From an uncultured Nitrospiraceae bacterium (GTDB lineage Bacteria; Nitrospirota; Nitrospiria; Nitrospirales; Nitrospiraceae), in assembly GCA_963730935.1 (NCBI GenBank), contig CAVSTP010000003.1, forward strand, positions 256,001 to 320,000: a stretch of 64,000 bases of DNA, in the 5' to 3' direction. The translations under genes were made by a program, and so were the position numbers. Positions within the stretch are counted from its first letter, which is position 1. The number at the start of each line of letters is the position of its first letter. The notes below the pieces were generated by a model. That model had not been told where the DNA came from and did no database searches. It saw nothing but the letters and a program-made list of their open reading frames with translations. Below, one piece after another: positions 1-9,857 of the stretch.

Positions 1-48
1 ATGGCGTACTTCTGATACGCAGAAAGGTGTGACTGCGCCTCTATGTAG

Positions 49-2448
49 TCAGCCGTTGTGTGTCAGGTCTATGTTGTGTCTACGATTCGGGCGCTCGGCA
101 AAGGGTTCCTCAGGTGATAGCTTGACCTCTTCCTCCTCATGACGGATCGTGAGTCCGCCTCCGGTCTTGAGCCGATATCTCGTCGTGTCCTGCCCGACAT
201 CGACTTCGAGCGTCCGGCCTTGAAACATGAGATTGAATCGGATGCAATGGAACACGTCAGGGAGAGCCGGCCAGAAGCAGAGCTCTCCGCCGTAATCGCG
301 TAATCCGGCAAATCCGTAGACGAAAATCATCCAGACGCCCCCCATTGCGGCGATGTGACATCCGTCTTTGACGTTCCCCGCGACATCGCCCAGGTCCATG
401 AGCGTCGCCACGCGTGCGTACTCCAGGGCTTTGCCCATCTCGCCGACTTCAGCCGCCATGATGCTTTGGATGCAGGCTGAAAGCGATGAATCGCCCGTCG
501 TAATCGGGTCGTAGAACTCGAAGTTCCGCCGTTTCAGATCGGGAGCGAACTCGTGACCGAGCAGAAACATGGCCAGGACGAGGTCGGCCTGCTTGATGAC
601 CTGGTAGCGATAGATGGTCAGGGGATGGAAATACAGAAGCAGCGGATACCTGTCGGTCGGTGTCCGGTCGAAATCCCATGGCTCTTGTTCCAGGAACTGT
701 TCGTCCTGGGGCGTGATCTGGAGTCGCTGATCATAGGGGACGTACATGCGATCCGCGGCCTGCTTCCATTCCGCCACTTCGGAGAGGTCGAGCCGTGTCT
801 TATGCACTAACGCAGTAAAGAGATCGGGACGCCGGTCACGCACGCGCTCCACCGTCTCTGCTGCGAAGCGGAGGTTCTCCTTCGCCATGAGGTTCGTATA
901 GACGTTGTTGTCGACCACCGTGTTGTATTCGTCGGGACCGGTCACACAGAGGATGCAAAACTGGCCGTCCTTTCTGGGTGAATAAAACCCGAGTGACCGC
1001 CAGAGCCGCGCCGTCTCCACCAGCATCTCGACGCCTTCGTCGAAGAGGAATTCGTCCTCCTCCGTCGCCTGGATATACTTCTTCAACGCGTACATGATGT
1101 CTGCGTTGATGTGATACTGCGCGGTGCCCGCCGCATAATATGCCGACGCCTCTTCGCCGTTGATCGTCCTCCAGGGATACATGGCCCCTCGCTGATTGAG
1201 CTGGCGCGCCCGTTCGCGGGCCTTGTCCAACATCCCGTGCCGGAACCTCAACAGATTCTTGGCGATGCGCGGCGCGGTGTAGGTCAAGAACGGCAACACA
1301 TAAATTTCCGTGTCCCAGAAGTAATGGCCTTCGTAGGCGGCTCCGGTCAGTCCCTTCGCGGGCACGCCGCTGTTTTCCGCCCGTGCGCTGGCTTGGAGCA
1401 CATGAAAAAGGTTGAATCGCAGGGCCTGCTGGACGGCCGTCGTCGAGGCTTTCGCCCGATCGGGATTGGTCATGATCTTGACGTCGCTCCGCTCCCAGAA
1501 ATCCTCCATGAACCGTTCCTGGCCGGCCAATAATGCGCTAAATCCTATCGCCACCGCGCGGTCGAGTGTGCGTTCCGCACGCGCACAGACCTCTTCAGGG
1601 GGCGCCGTGTGGCTCGTATGGTACACGATGTACTTCATGAGCGTGATCGATTGCCCGGCTTCCGCATCGATGCTGGCGACCACTTGGCCGGCGTCGGGGG
1701 TGTAGTTGGTTTTCCACGTCACGCGCAGCGAGGTGTCCAGCACATGGTCGGTCGCACAGGCGAGAACGATCCCACTCTTGTTCGTAGCGTGGCACAGCAC
1801 GATCCGCTGGCCCTTTGCATAACTGAGCCGGTGGTTCAGTACTTTCTCGTTGAACACCTTCGCTTGTCTCGGATCGTAATTGGCCCGCCGGGGGGCGGGC
1901 TCGTTGGCGATCATTTCCGAAGAGAGCACGACCGGTGCCGCGGCATTCAAGAGCGTGATTTGATAAAAGATGGCGGCCACATGACGGTGCTCAAAAGACA
2001 CGAGCCGGCGTGACTTGACCGAGACCCGTTTCCCGGCAGGCGTCTCATAGACGATCTCGCGATCGAGCGTCCCGGACTTCATGTTGAGGCGCCGGTCGAA
2101 GCTCCGCACGTTGGCGTTTGGAAGCCAGAAGGGCTCGTCATCGACATAGAGCTTGATGATCTTGCTGTCCGTGACATTAACGATCGTTTGACCGGTCGTC
2201 GCAAGCCCGTAGGCTTCCTCGGGATAGATGATCGACCAAGTTTCATAGAAGCCATTAATGAACGTGCCGTTCTGTCCGATGGGTCCACCTTCCTCGAAGC
2301 ATCCCCGCATGCCCAGATATCCGTTTCCGAGCGCGAACATGGTCTCGCCCTGCTCAAGCAAGTCGGGCATGAAGCGTTTCTCGGTCAGGTTCCATTCGTC
2401 GGGCGGATAGATGTGCGGAGGCGGATGGAACCGAGGACGATGGATCAT
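49..2448 (-). CDS. Glycoside hydrolase family 65 phosphorylase (trehalose/kojibiose/maltose phosphorylase-like)
   Basis: 799 aa; GH65 motifs ETMFALGNGYLGMRG, KGLTGAAYEGHYFWDTE, GPDEY, QVIKQADLVL, GDSSLS; adjacent to beta-PGM gene. Confidence 0.93.
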   Translation of the reverse strand: MIHRPRFHPPPHIYPPDEWNLTEKRFMPDLLEQGETMFALGNGYLGMRGCFEEGGPIGQNGTFINGFYETWSIIYPEEAYGLATTGQTIVNVTDSKIIKLYVDDEPFWLPNANVRSFDRRLNMKSGTLDREIVYETPAGKRVSVKSRRLVSFEHRHVAAIFYQITLLNAAAPVVLSSEMIANEPAPRRANYDPRQAKVFNEKVLNHRLSYAKGQRIVLCHATNKSGIVLACATDHVLDTSLRVTWKTNYTPDAGQVVASIDAEAGQSITLMKYIVYHTSHTAPPEEVCARAERTLDRAVAIGFSALLAGQERFMEDFWERSDVKIMTNPDRAKASTTAVQQALRFNLFHVLQASARAENSGVPAKGLTGAAYEGHYFWDTEIYVLPFLTYTAPRIAKNLLRFRHGMLDKARERARQLNQRGAMYPWRTINGEEASAYYAAGTAQYHINADIMYALKKYIQATEEDEFLFDEGVEMLVETARLWRSLGFYSPRKDGQFCILCVTGPDEYNTVVDNNVYTNLMAKENLRFAAETVERVRDRRPDLFTALVHKTRLDLSEVAEWKQAADRMYVPYDQRLQITPQDEQFLEQEPWDFDRTPTDRYPLLLYFHPLTIYRYQVIKQADLVLAMFLLGHEFAPDLKRRNFEFYDPITTGDSSLSACIQSIMAAEVGEMGKALEYARVATLMDLGDVAGNVKDGCHIAAMGGVWMIFVYGFAGLRDYGGELCFWPALPDVFHCIRFNLMFQGRTLEVDVGQDTTRYRLKTGGGLTIRHEEEEVKLSPEEPFAERPNRRHNIDLTHNG

Positions 2449-2475
2449 CTAGCGCACCTCACCATGAACGGTTCA

Positions 2476-3288
2476 CTACGGCGGAGAAGAAGATTCAAGT
2501 TTGCCCGGCAAGAGCTCGCTGAGATCCTCCACGACGACATGTGCGCCCTGCTCGCGAAGAGCATCGGCCTGGCTCCTCCGGTCCACGCCAATCACGAGCC
2601 CGAACCCGCCCGCATGCCCGGCCCGCACACCTGCCAGTGCATCCTCGATAACGATGGCGTGATGTGGTTCGACGGCCAGACGCCTCGCGGCTTCCCAGAA
2701 CGCATTCGGGGCCGGCTTTCCGGGAAGACGAAGCCGATCAATTTCATGGCCGTCGATGCGGACGTCAAACAGAGGCGTCAAGCCGACGGCTTCCAGGACT
2801 TCGGTGCAATGATGGCTGGAGGACACGACGGCCAGTTTTAATCCCGCACGTTTGGCCAGATGCAGGAACTCCACCGTTCCGGGATAGACGTCCACACCGG
2901 TCTCACGCATGGCCGCCTCGAAATAGGTGTCTTTCTGATTGCCCATTCCATAGAGGGTCTCGCGGTTGGCGCGGTCGCTGGGATCACCGAGGGGAAGGCT
3001 CAACCCCCTCGACTTCAAGAAATCGCGCACGCCGTCGTGGCGTGGTTTCCCATCCAGGTGCAATCGATAATCCTCTTCAAGGTCGAACGACGTGTAAGTC
3101 GTTCCCGTTTGAGCGGCGACGTGTGCGAGGTAGGCGTCAAAGAGCCGCTTCCACGCTGCGGCATGCAAGCGAGCCGTTTTGGTGATGACGCCATCCAAGT
3201 CGCTTAAGACGGCTTCATACTCTGCAAGGTTCAGGGGGCCGATGGCTTTCGTAGCGACCGATCCCGGACGCGATGGCGGACTGTTCAT
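2476..3288 (-). CDS. Beta-phosphoglucomutase-family HAD hydrolase
   Basis: HAD motif DLDGVIT, DGKPRHDGVRDFL, GKPAP, IEDALAGVRAG; start uncertain (ATG 3288 chosen; ORF extends to 3399). Confidence 0.88.
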   Translation of the reverse strand: MNSPPSRPGSVATKAIGPLNLAEYEAVLSDLDGVITKTARLHAAAWKRLFDAYLAHVAAQTGTTYTSFDLEEDYRLHLDGKPRHDGVRDFLKSRGLSLPLGDPSDRANRETLYGMGNQKDTYFEAAMRETGVDVYPGTVEFLHLAKRAGLKLAVVSSSHHCTEVLEAVGLTPLFDVRIDGHEIDRLRLPGKPAPNAFWEAARRLAVEPHHAIVIEDALAGVRAGHAGGFGLVIGVDRRSQADALREQGAHVVVEDLSELLPGKLESSSPP

Positions 3289-3483
3289 GCTTCCATCAAA
3301 CGGAATTGAACCCTCAAAAACACCTAGCAAAGTCCCGAGCGATAGCGGCCAAGCTGATTCCGCGTCGCCTGCGGCGACCAGAGTCGTGTTCTCAGCCATG
3401 ACATTGTGGATCAGCGTTTTCGAACCACCATGGTCGAGCAGAATATGCTTGACCCTTACGGTGAAGGACTGTATGCCCTGGTC

Positions 3484-4389
3484 ATGACTAAAGGATCTCT
3501 AGCCATCGGATATGGAGCGATCGTCACTGCTGCCGTGTTGTGGGGCGGGTCGATCGTCGCGCAGAAACTGGCGTTGAGTGGCTTTTCCGCCGTCGAGGCC
3601 TCGGTGCTGCGGGATTTGGGCGGACTCGTGCTCCTGATCATTACCTGGTGGTGGCAGGGCGCCTCGCTGGCTCCCCTGACGCCGCGGGATTATCGAACGC
3701 TCGCACTCTTAGGCCTGGGAGTGCTCGGGAATCATCTGTTGATTCTCATCGGTCTCAAGTACGTGAGCGGCGCTGTGGCGGGTGTCATCATCGGCTCTCT
3801 GCCGGTCGTCACCGCCTTGTTGACGGCGCTCTTCATCCGGGACGTACCGCTTCGAGCCGTGTGGGCGGGAAGCCTGCTGTCGTTCTTCGGAGTGGGATTG
3901 GTGTCCTCGGCTGGTTTCAGCGCCGCAGGGGAACAGCCTCTGCTCGGCGGGACGCTCGTGTTTCTCGGCGTCGCGAGCTGGGCAGTGTATACGATTGGCA
4001 GCAGGGCGATCATGGACCGCGTCCCGGCTTTGACTGTGAACTGGACGACACTCCTGGCCGCGACGCTGCTACAGATCCCACTCCTCTGGACGGACCAAAA
4101 GATGCTACGCACCGGGTTTGCCTCAGTTGCGCTGACTGATTGGCTGGCCCTGGCCTATCTTGTCGTGTTTGCCACGGCCATCGCTCAACAGGCCTGGCTG
4201 TTCGGGGTCAAAGGCATCGGTCCGTCGCGCGCGTCGGTGTTCGGCAATCTCACGCCGGTCGCGGCGGTCGCGCTCTCCGCTCTCATCCTGAGTGAAGCCG
4301 TCGGCCTAGTCGAGGTCATCGGTATTGTCTTCATTCTCTGCGGTGTGTGGGTCGTGCATCTCCAGACGTCCAGACTCGCTGTCTCCTAG
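3484..4389 (+). CDS. DMT/EamA family transporter
   Basis: About 10 hydrophobic segments, LWG..IV, GVKGIGPSRASVFGNLTPV; ATG 3484 chosen as start. Confidence 0.88.
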   Translation: MTKGSLAIGYGAIVTAAVLWGGSIVAQKLALSGFSAVEASVLRDLGGLVLLIITWWWQGASLAPLTPRDYRTLALLGLGVLGNHLLILIGLKYVSGAVAGVIIGSLPVVTALLTALFIRDVPLRAVWAGSLLSFFGVGLVSSAGFSAAGEQPLLGGTLVFLGVASWAVYTIGSRAIMDRVPALTVNWTTLLAATLLQIPLLWTDQKMLRTGFASVALTDWLALAYLVVFATAIAQQAWLFGVKGIGPSRASVFGNLTPVAAVALSALILSEAVGLVEVIGIVFILCGVWVVHLQTSRLAVS

Positions 4390-4496
4390 CCCGCCCACTC
4401 TTCTCTCGCTCTCCAGCCGTTGATTCCAGTATGATATCGCGCTTGATCGGGGCGGGTTCTCCGAAAATGAAGCCGAATGAGCCAGAAAGGATCGGC

Positions 4497-4889
4497 GTGC
4501 TCGAACGACGGATTCAAGAAGTGACGCAAGCCAACCGGAGGTTCTATGACGCGTTTGAAAGTCTCGACATTGCAAAGATGGACAAGGTCTGGGCGCATCT
4601 CGAGTATGTCACGTGTGTGCATCCGGGCTGGACGCTCCGCTCAGACTGGCCAGCCGTGCGGGACTCTTGGGTTTTGATCTTTAACAACACGTTTTCAATG
4701 AAGTTTGAGCTGACAGAGTCCATCGTTCAGGTTGCGGGCGACATGGCCTGGGTGATCTGTGTGGAAAACATTACCAGCCAGCAAGCCGATGAGCCGCAGC
4801 AGGCTCGCGTGCTTGCCACCAATCTCTTCGAGCGCATTGGCGACGAGTGGTTGATGATTCACCACCACGGCAGCCCGGTGATGGGGTGA
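4497..4889 (+). CDS. NTF2/SnoaL-like domain protein
   Basis: ANRRFYDAFESLDIAKMDKVW, CVHPGW, ATNLFER, IHHHGSP; GTG 4497 follows GAAAGGA (ATG 4467 is an alternative). Confidence 0.85.
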   Translation: MLERRIQEVTQANRRFYDAFESLDIAKMDKVWAHLEYVTCVHPGWTLRSDWPAVRDSWVLIFNNTFSMKFELTESIVQVAGDMAWVICVENITSQQADEPQQARVLATNLFERIGDEWLMIHHHGSPVMG

Positions 4890-4986
4890 CGAGGGGGAAA
4901 ATACGGGCCTCACGTGTGTTTACGCCGCTGAGAATGTGAATCGGCACGGCAAACGCTAATCAGAGAGACAGGTGCGAAAACCGGGC

Positions 4987-5226
4987 CTACGACTTTGGTG
5001 CTGGCCCGGTAGGTGCCTCGATGATGGACACGGTTTTGGACCATTCGGCGGCGATGGGGTCCCGATGCTCCATGGTGAGGCCAGCATAGTGGATGAACAT
5101 CTGCTGGCCTTTGCGGCGGCGCCAGGTGAGGAAGCTCAGGAAATGCTCTTTGCAGACGTGCTGGGTGCCGGCGGGGGAATACACCCTCGCTTGGCAGCCT
5201 TCGATCATACAAGCTAGATCGTTCAC
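4987..5226 (-). CDS. Small hypothetical protein with Cys/His cluster (CxxxGC...CKEH)
   Basis: AGGAG SD 8 nt before GTG at 5226; 79 aa; fills the gap between two + strand genes. Confidence 0.6.
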   Translation of the reverse strand: MNDLACMIEGCQARVYSPAGTQHVCKEHFLSFLTWRRRKGQQMFIHYAGLTMEHRDPIAAEWSKTVSIIEAPTGPAPKS

Positions 5227-5320
5227 AATGGCGACTCCTAATAGAAGCCAGTATGCAGGACACACCGTCCGATTTTCAACCTTGACAGGGGCATGGTACC
5301 TCTCCGATGCTGTTGCCGCG

Positions 5321-6778
5321 ATGTGCGTTGTGTCCCTTGCCTTTTCGAGCTGCGTCTCGCCTTCGAGGGAAGGGTTACCGCCCGGCAGTCCGTTTACCGA
5401 TCAGGTTGAAGTGAGGAAACCCAGTTTGCCTGCCGGAACAGCGGTGGGTGACATCACGAGTCATTCCGCCGAGCTGTGGCTCAAAACCCACGGGCCGAAA
5501 CACATACAGATTGAATGGGCTTCCGTTGAAGCGTGGAAACGGATATCCGCGATGGCCTCCGTGCAGTCGCCGGCGGCACGGACGCCGCCGGTGCTGACAG
5601 GCCCTGAAGCCGATTTCACGCTGACGGTGTCCATCGACCACCTCTCACCGGCCACGCGCTATCGCTACTACGTCCTTGTAAAGGATCCGGATCAACACGT
5701 GAAGGAAGTCCGACCGCATGTCGCTGCACAGGGCGAGTTTACGACCCTGCCGGATCCTGCCGCTTCCGTGCCCGTCACATTTGCTTGGAGCGGAGATTTG
5801 GGCGGGCAGGATCGTTGCCGGCAAGGGGAGGCGGGTTACCCCATTTTCGACAGGATCCGCGAGCAAAAGCCCGATTTTTTCATTTTTCTTGGCGACACGA
5901 TCTATGCCGACTTTGTCTGCGTGTCGCCGCCGAATGAGCCTGGCTCAAGCGTCATCGCGACGGAGTTGGCGGACTATCGTGCCAAGCATCACTACCAGCG
6001 GGGATCTGCAGCGTTGCGGCGGTTATTGGAAGCGGTGCCGGTATACGTCACGTGGGACGATCATGAGGTGAAGAACAACTTTGCGGGGCCGTTCGAGGAG
6101 CAAATGCCGGCGGGCCGGCAAGCCTTTCGCGAATACTGGCCCATCCATACCGACCTCTCCGAACCGAACCGGCTGTACCGAACAATTCGATACGGGTCAG
6201 ATTTGGAGATCTTTTTGCTCGACACCAGGCAGTATCGCAGCCGCAATGCCGATTTCGATAGCCCGGCCAAGACCATGCTTGGCGACGCTCAACTCCAGTG
6301 GTTACTCAAGGGTATCGCCGCTTCTACAGCGACGTGGAAAGTCATTGTCACCAGCGTGCCGCTATCCGTTCCCAAAGCCGGCGGGCCGGCCGTGCCCGGC
6401 TACGACGGTTGGGCCGGCGGGACGGATGGTACGGGTTTCGAACGTGAGCGCCAGGTGATCGTCGATGCCATCCTTGGGAAGGGGATCCGCAACGTCGTCT
6501 TTCTCGGCGGAGACATCCATTGGGTTCAGGGTAATGTCTATGATCCCGATCAGGACGGTGTGGCGGATTTTCACGAGTTCGTCAGCGGGCCTTTGTCAGC
6601 GTACCCCGGCCGTCCCACGGCTCCAAGTCCCGCCTTGCATCCCGCCACGCTGATCAACGAAGGAGGGTATGACAACTTCGGTTTCGTGCGCGTGACCAAC
6701 GAGGAGTTCGCCGTGTCGATCATCGACGGGACCGGCAAGACACGGTTCTTCTATCGGGTCCTTGCTCGGAATGGTTAA
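5321..6778 (+). CDS. phoD: Alkaline phosphatase D family protein, probable lipoprotein
   Basis: FIFLGDTIYAD, TWDDHEV, LLDTRQYRS, KTMLGDAQLQWL, GGDIH; lipobox-like LAFSSC; start uncertain. Confidence 0.88.
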   Translation: MCVVSLAFSSCVSPSREGLPPGSPFTDQVEVRKPSLPAGTAVGDITSHSAELWLKTHGPKHIQIEWASVEAWKRISAMASVQSPAARTPPVLTGPEADFTLTVSIDHLSPATRYRYYVLVKDPDQHVKEVRPHVAAQGEFTTLPDPAASVPVTFAWSGDLGGQDRCRQGEAGYPIFDRIREQKPDFFIFLGDTIYADFVCVSPPNEPGSSVIATELADYRAKHHYQRGSAALRRLLEAVPVYVTWDDHEVKNNFAGPFEEQMPAGRQAFREYWPIHTDLSEPNRLYRTIRYGSDLEIFLLDTRQYRSRNADFDSPAKTMLGDAQLQWLLKGIAASTATWKVIVTSVPLSVPKAGGPAVPGYDGWAGGTDGTGFERERQVIVDAILGKGIRNVVFLGGDIHWVQGNVYDPDQDGVADFHEFVSGPLSAYPGRPTAPSPALHPATLINEGGYDNFGFVRVTNEEFAVSIIDGTGKTRFFYRVLARNG

Positions 6779-6836
6779 CGGGCATGGTCGCCTCTTGCAT
6801 TCTTGGTTGTCCACCGGTTACCGTACCTCCTTTCCC

Positions 6837-6964
6837 AGGATGCTGAAACAGCCCACTCGGCTTCGTCTTGCATCGCCTCAACGCATTTGAAACAGAGATG
6901 GGAACCCGGCGTCGCCAAAAGGGCGGGGAGGGACGGTGACATCAGTCTGTTTCAGAAGGGATCC
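6837..6964 (+). repeat. Degenerate copy of intergenic palindromic repeat family
   Basis: AGGATGCTGAAACAG...CTGTTTCAG inverted ends; internal GCTTCGTCTTGCATCGCCTCAACG resembles copies at 14066 and 40928. Confidence 0.5.
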
Positions 6965-6966
6965 GC

Positions 6967-7206
6967 ATGCTGTTACAAGTGATGTCCATCGTCGGGGCCC
7001 TGATGGTTCTCGCCGCGTATGGAATGAATCAAGGAGGAGTCTGGCGGGAACTTCATGCCGGATATCTGACCCTGAACATTGTCGGTTCGCTGATGCTGGG
7101 CGTGGTCGCCATCGTCGACCAACGGGCAGGGTTTATTTTGTTGGAGTTCGCGTGGGCCGGCTTGGGATTGATCGGTGTGGCACGCGCCATGCGAGTGAAA
7201 CAATAG
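6967..7206 (+). CDS. Small membrane protein (CBU_0592-like)
   Basis: 79 aa, 3 hydrophobic segments, YLTLNIVGS, FILLEFAW pattern. Confidence 0.7.
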   Translation: MLLQVMSIVGALMVLAAYGMNQGGVWRELHAGYLTLNIVGSLMLGVVAIVDQRAGFILLEFAWAGLGLIGVARAMRVKQ

Positions 7207-7237
7207 CACTAGTCACATTCAATGGAGGAGTACCGTC

Positions 7238-7723
7238 ATGGCAGGGTTGATGTCTGCAGAAGAAATCTTTGAGAAGGCACAAACCGCAGCAGTTGCGGCG
7301 ACGAGTCCGGACGAGAAGGCCCTGCAGATCGATTATCCGGCGTTGCAGGAAAAGATCCGCGCCGCCCTGGCCGATCGCAAGGTGGCCCTATGCCACGTCA
7401 ATACATTCCTGCCGGAAGGTTATGAAGAGCAGGGCCGGTTCAACATGCTGTTGTTGACGGCCGGCAACGTGCTGTTCGACATGGTGATCGGCGATTCGTA
7501 TTTCCGGTACGACATCGTCTCGGTCGGTCAACTCGACAAGGTGCAGGTGATCGACGCCATGTGGGACAACAAGGAAAAGCGGAGAGAGGAGCCCTTTCTC
7601 AGTTTACGCCTCATGCACGGAGAAGAGGCCCATCTGCTGCTGGCGCTCGATGACCAGGAACGCGCGAGCCTGCTCAATTTTGCTCGAGCCGTGTCTGCCG
7701 CGCGCAATCCGGAACGCGCCTAG
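7238..7723 (+). CDS. Hypothetical soluble protein
   Basis: 161 aa, strong GGAGGA SD, protein-like composition; no family recognised. Confidence 0.7.
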   Translation: MAGLMSAEEIFEKAQTAAVAATSPDEKALQIDYPALQEKIRAALADRKVALCHVNTFLPEGYEEQGRFNMLLLTAGNVLFDMVIGDSYFRYDIVSVGQLDKVQVIDAMWDNKEKRREEPFLSLRLMHGEEAHLLLALDDQERASLLNFARAVSAARNPERA

Positions 7724-7733
7724 CGTCCCGATC

Positions 7734-8834
7734 CTAGGATGCTGCCTGGCGGAAGGGAAGGGGCTGCACGGTGGCCTCGTAACGGGCTCCGTCTGCTTCG
7801 ATGGTTAAGGTGGTCCCGGCCGCGCTGAAATCCCGCAAGGGAAATCCAAATGCAATCGGCGCCTTGAGTGCCGGCGACAGGGTCGCACTGCTCACCCATC
7901 CCACTTCTCGAGTCCCGGTGAACAGCTTTGCGCCTTTTGGCGGCACGACCGACCCTTTCACGACCAAGCCGACGAGACGGCGGCGTACCGAGCCGTACGT
8001 ATCCATGCGCGCGACCACTTCCTGCCCTGGATAACAGCCCTTGCTCAAACTGAAGGCCTTGTCTTCGAGATTGGCTTCCGGCGGCACGATCTCTTCATTC
8101 AAGTCGGGCCCGGCCTTGGTGATGCCGGCTTCCATGCGAAGGGCTTCACGCGCCTGACTCCCTACCGGCGTGATCCCATGCGGTGCCCCGGCCTCCAGGA
8201 GCCGCTCCCACGCCGGGACCAGGCCGTCGGACGGAATCAAGATTTCATAATCACGCTCGCCGGTTTCCTCGGTGCGGATGACCAGGGCGGTGAGACCACC
8301 AATGGCGGCGGAGATGAAGTTGACCGGTTTCAGCTCACCGACGTCCGTGCCGAACGCCGCCTTCAAGGCCACCGCAGCTTTAGGGCCGCTGACCAGCAAC
8401 AGTCCCCAGCTCTCCCGGCAGTTCTCCATTTTGGCTTTGGTGCCGTAGAGCAGAAATTTCCTCAGCGCGGTATAGGTTTGATCGCCGATCTCACCCACGT
8501 CCTCCAGCATGACGGCATCGGGCTGCATGTAGCAGCGGAAGTAGGTCAACATTTTCCCTTTATGGGTCAAAAAGCTCGAGTACCGCCCCTGGCCGGGCTG
8601 CATGGAGAGGAGATCGTTGCTGATCACGCTTTGAAGCCACTTCACCCGATCATCGCCGGTCACGCGAAGTTTGCCCCGATGGGAGAGGTCGGCGATACCG
8701 ACCGCTTCTCGTACGGCGCGGTATTCCGCGAGCATATCTCCGTAGTGCAGCGGGACTTGCCACTCGGTGACCTCCTCGAACGTGGCCTGTAATTTCGAGT
8801 GGTGGTCATGGAGGGGGGATTGTTTCATGGTCAT
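7734..8834 (-). CDS. GcvT/YgfZ-family folate-binding protein
   Basis: GcvT-like N-terminus (DLSHRGKLRVTG) plus YgfZ signature KGCYPGQE. Confidence 0.87.
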   Translation of the reverse strand: MTMKQSPLHDHHSKLQATFEEVTEWQVPLHYGDMLAEYRAVREAVGIADLSHRGKLRVTGDDRVKWLQSVISNDLLSMQPGQGRYSSFLTHKGKMLTYFRCYMQPDAVMLEDVGEIGDQTYTALRKFLLYGTKAKMENCRESWGLLLVSGPKAAVALKAAFGTDVGELKPVNFISAAIGGLTALVIRTEETGERDYEILIPSDGLVPAWERLLEAGAPHGITPVGSQAREALRMEAGITKAGPDLNEEIVPPEANLEDKAFSLSKGCYPGQEVVARMDTYGSVRRRLVGLVVKGSVVPPKGAKLFTGTREVGWVSSATLSPALKAPIAFGFPLRDFSAAGTTLTIEADGARYEATVQPLPFRQAAS

Positions 8835-8856
8835 TCCTGATCGAGTCGCCCAGCGT

Positions 8857-9273
8857 TCACGACGCTGCGCGGGACATGATCCCTTCTACCAGATCCTTGG
8901 TTCGCATCGAAAACTCATTCCTGGAGACTATCTTCGTAACGCCCATGGACTTGGCTCGATTCCAGGTGTCGACCTCTTCGTGGTTGGCGAAGGCCAGGAT
9001 CGGCAGGTCCTGAAATTGCGGGTTGGTTCGAAGGGTCTCCAGGGCCTGGAACGCGTTCAAGATTTCATCATTCATATTGAGAATGACGGCAGCAGGGTGT
9101 GCGGCGGACGCCTTGAGGGCAATCTCCTCCTGAGACCGAGCCCGCTCGAGTGTGTAGCCGTTCGGCAGCAGCGCATCCCGAACCTTAGTATAGAAAAAGA
9201 TGTCGGTCACGGCGACGAGCACGGTCTTTGGGCCTGCACCCTTTAGATGGTTTTTCTCTGAATCCTTGGTCAT
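8857..9273 (-). CDS. Stand-alone atypical receiver-like domain protein
   Basis: CheY-like alternation (VLVAVTD...AVILNMN...PILAFANH...AKSMGVTKIV); Asn at the expected phospho-Asp position. Confidence 0.6.
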   Translation of the reverse strand: MTKDSEKNHLKGAGPKTVLVAVTDIFFYTKVRDALLPNGYTLERARSQEEIALKASAAHPAAVILNMNDEILNAFQALETLRTNPQFQDLPILAFANHEEVDTWNRAKSMGVTKIVSRNEFSMRTKDLVEGIMSRAAS

Positions 9274-9296
9274 TGTTGGATCGCAGTCATGCGACT

Positions 9297-9812
9297 TCAG
9301 TTGAGCATGCTGACCAGCCGGCCAAGCGACCGCTTTGCCAGCACGTAGTCAGGATTCAGCGCGAGGGCCTGCTTATACGAGGCAATAGCCTCCGTCCAAT
9401 TTCCCTTTTTTTCGTGCACCCTGCCGAGATTCAGATGGGGAAATGCCGGGCTTTCGTATCGCTTAGCGTGCATGGCCTTTTGGAACCAGGGGATCGCCTC
9501 GTCGAGTTCGCCTTTCTCGATCAAATAGGCGCCGATGTCGTTGTAGGGGTTGCCAAACTCGGGGTCGCGCGCAATGGCGCGATGGCATTCTTCGATCGCG
9601 TCGTTGAGGCGTCCCATGAAACTATAGGTCCAGCCCAGGAAGGTATGAGCTTCGGCGGTCGGGTGGGCTGCGAGTGATTGCCGATACAGAGAAACAGCCT
9701 CCTCCAATTCGCCTTTCATTTGCTGTTGATAGGCCTTTTGGAAAAGTTCCCACGCCTCGCGCTTGTCTTCTTCGCGGCCCTCGCCCTGTATTAGGAAATC
9801 CTGGACATCCAT
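9297..9812 (-). CDS. Tetratricopeptide repeat protein
   Basis: TPRs AEAHTFLGWTYS, GNPYNDIGAYLI, PHLNLGRVHE...ALALNPDY. Confidence 0.88.
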   Translation of the reverse strand: MDVQDFLIQGEGREEDKREAWELFQKAYQQQMKGELEEAVSLYRQSLAAHPTAEAHTFLGWTYSFMGRLNDAIEECHRAIARDPEFGNPYNDIGAYLIEKGELDEAIPWFQKAMHAKRYESPAFPHLNLGRVHEKKGNWTEAIASYKQALALNPDYVLAKRSLGRLVSMLN

Positions 9813-9857
9813 AAAGCGGCTTCTGAAAAACGCCTTCTCACCCGGAGAAATTATAGC

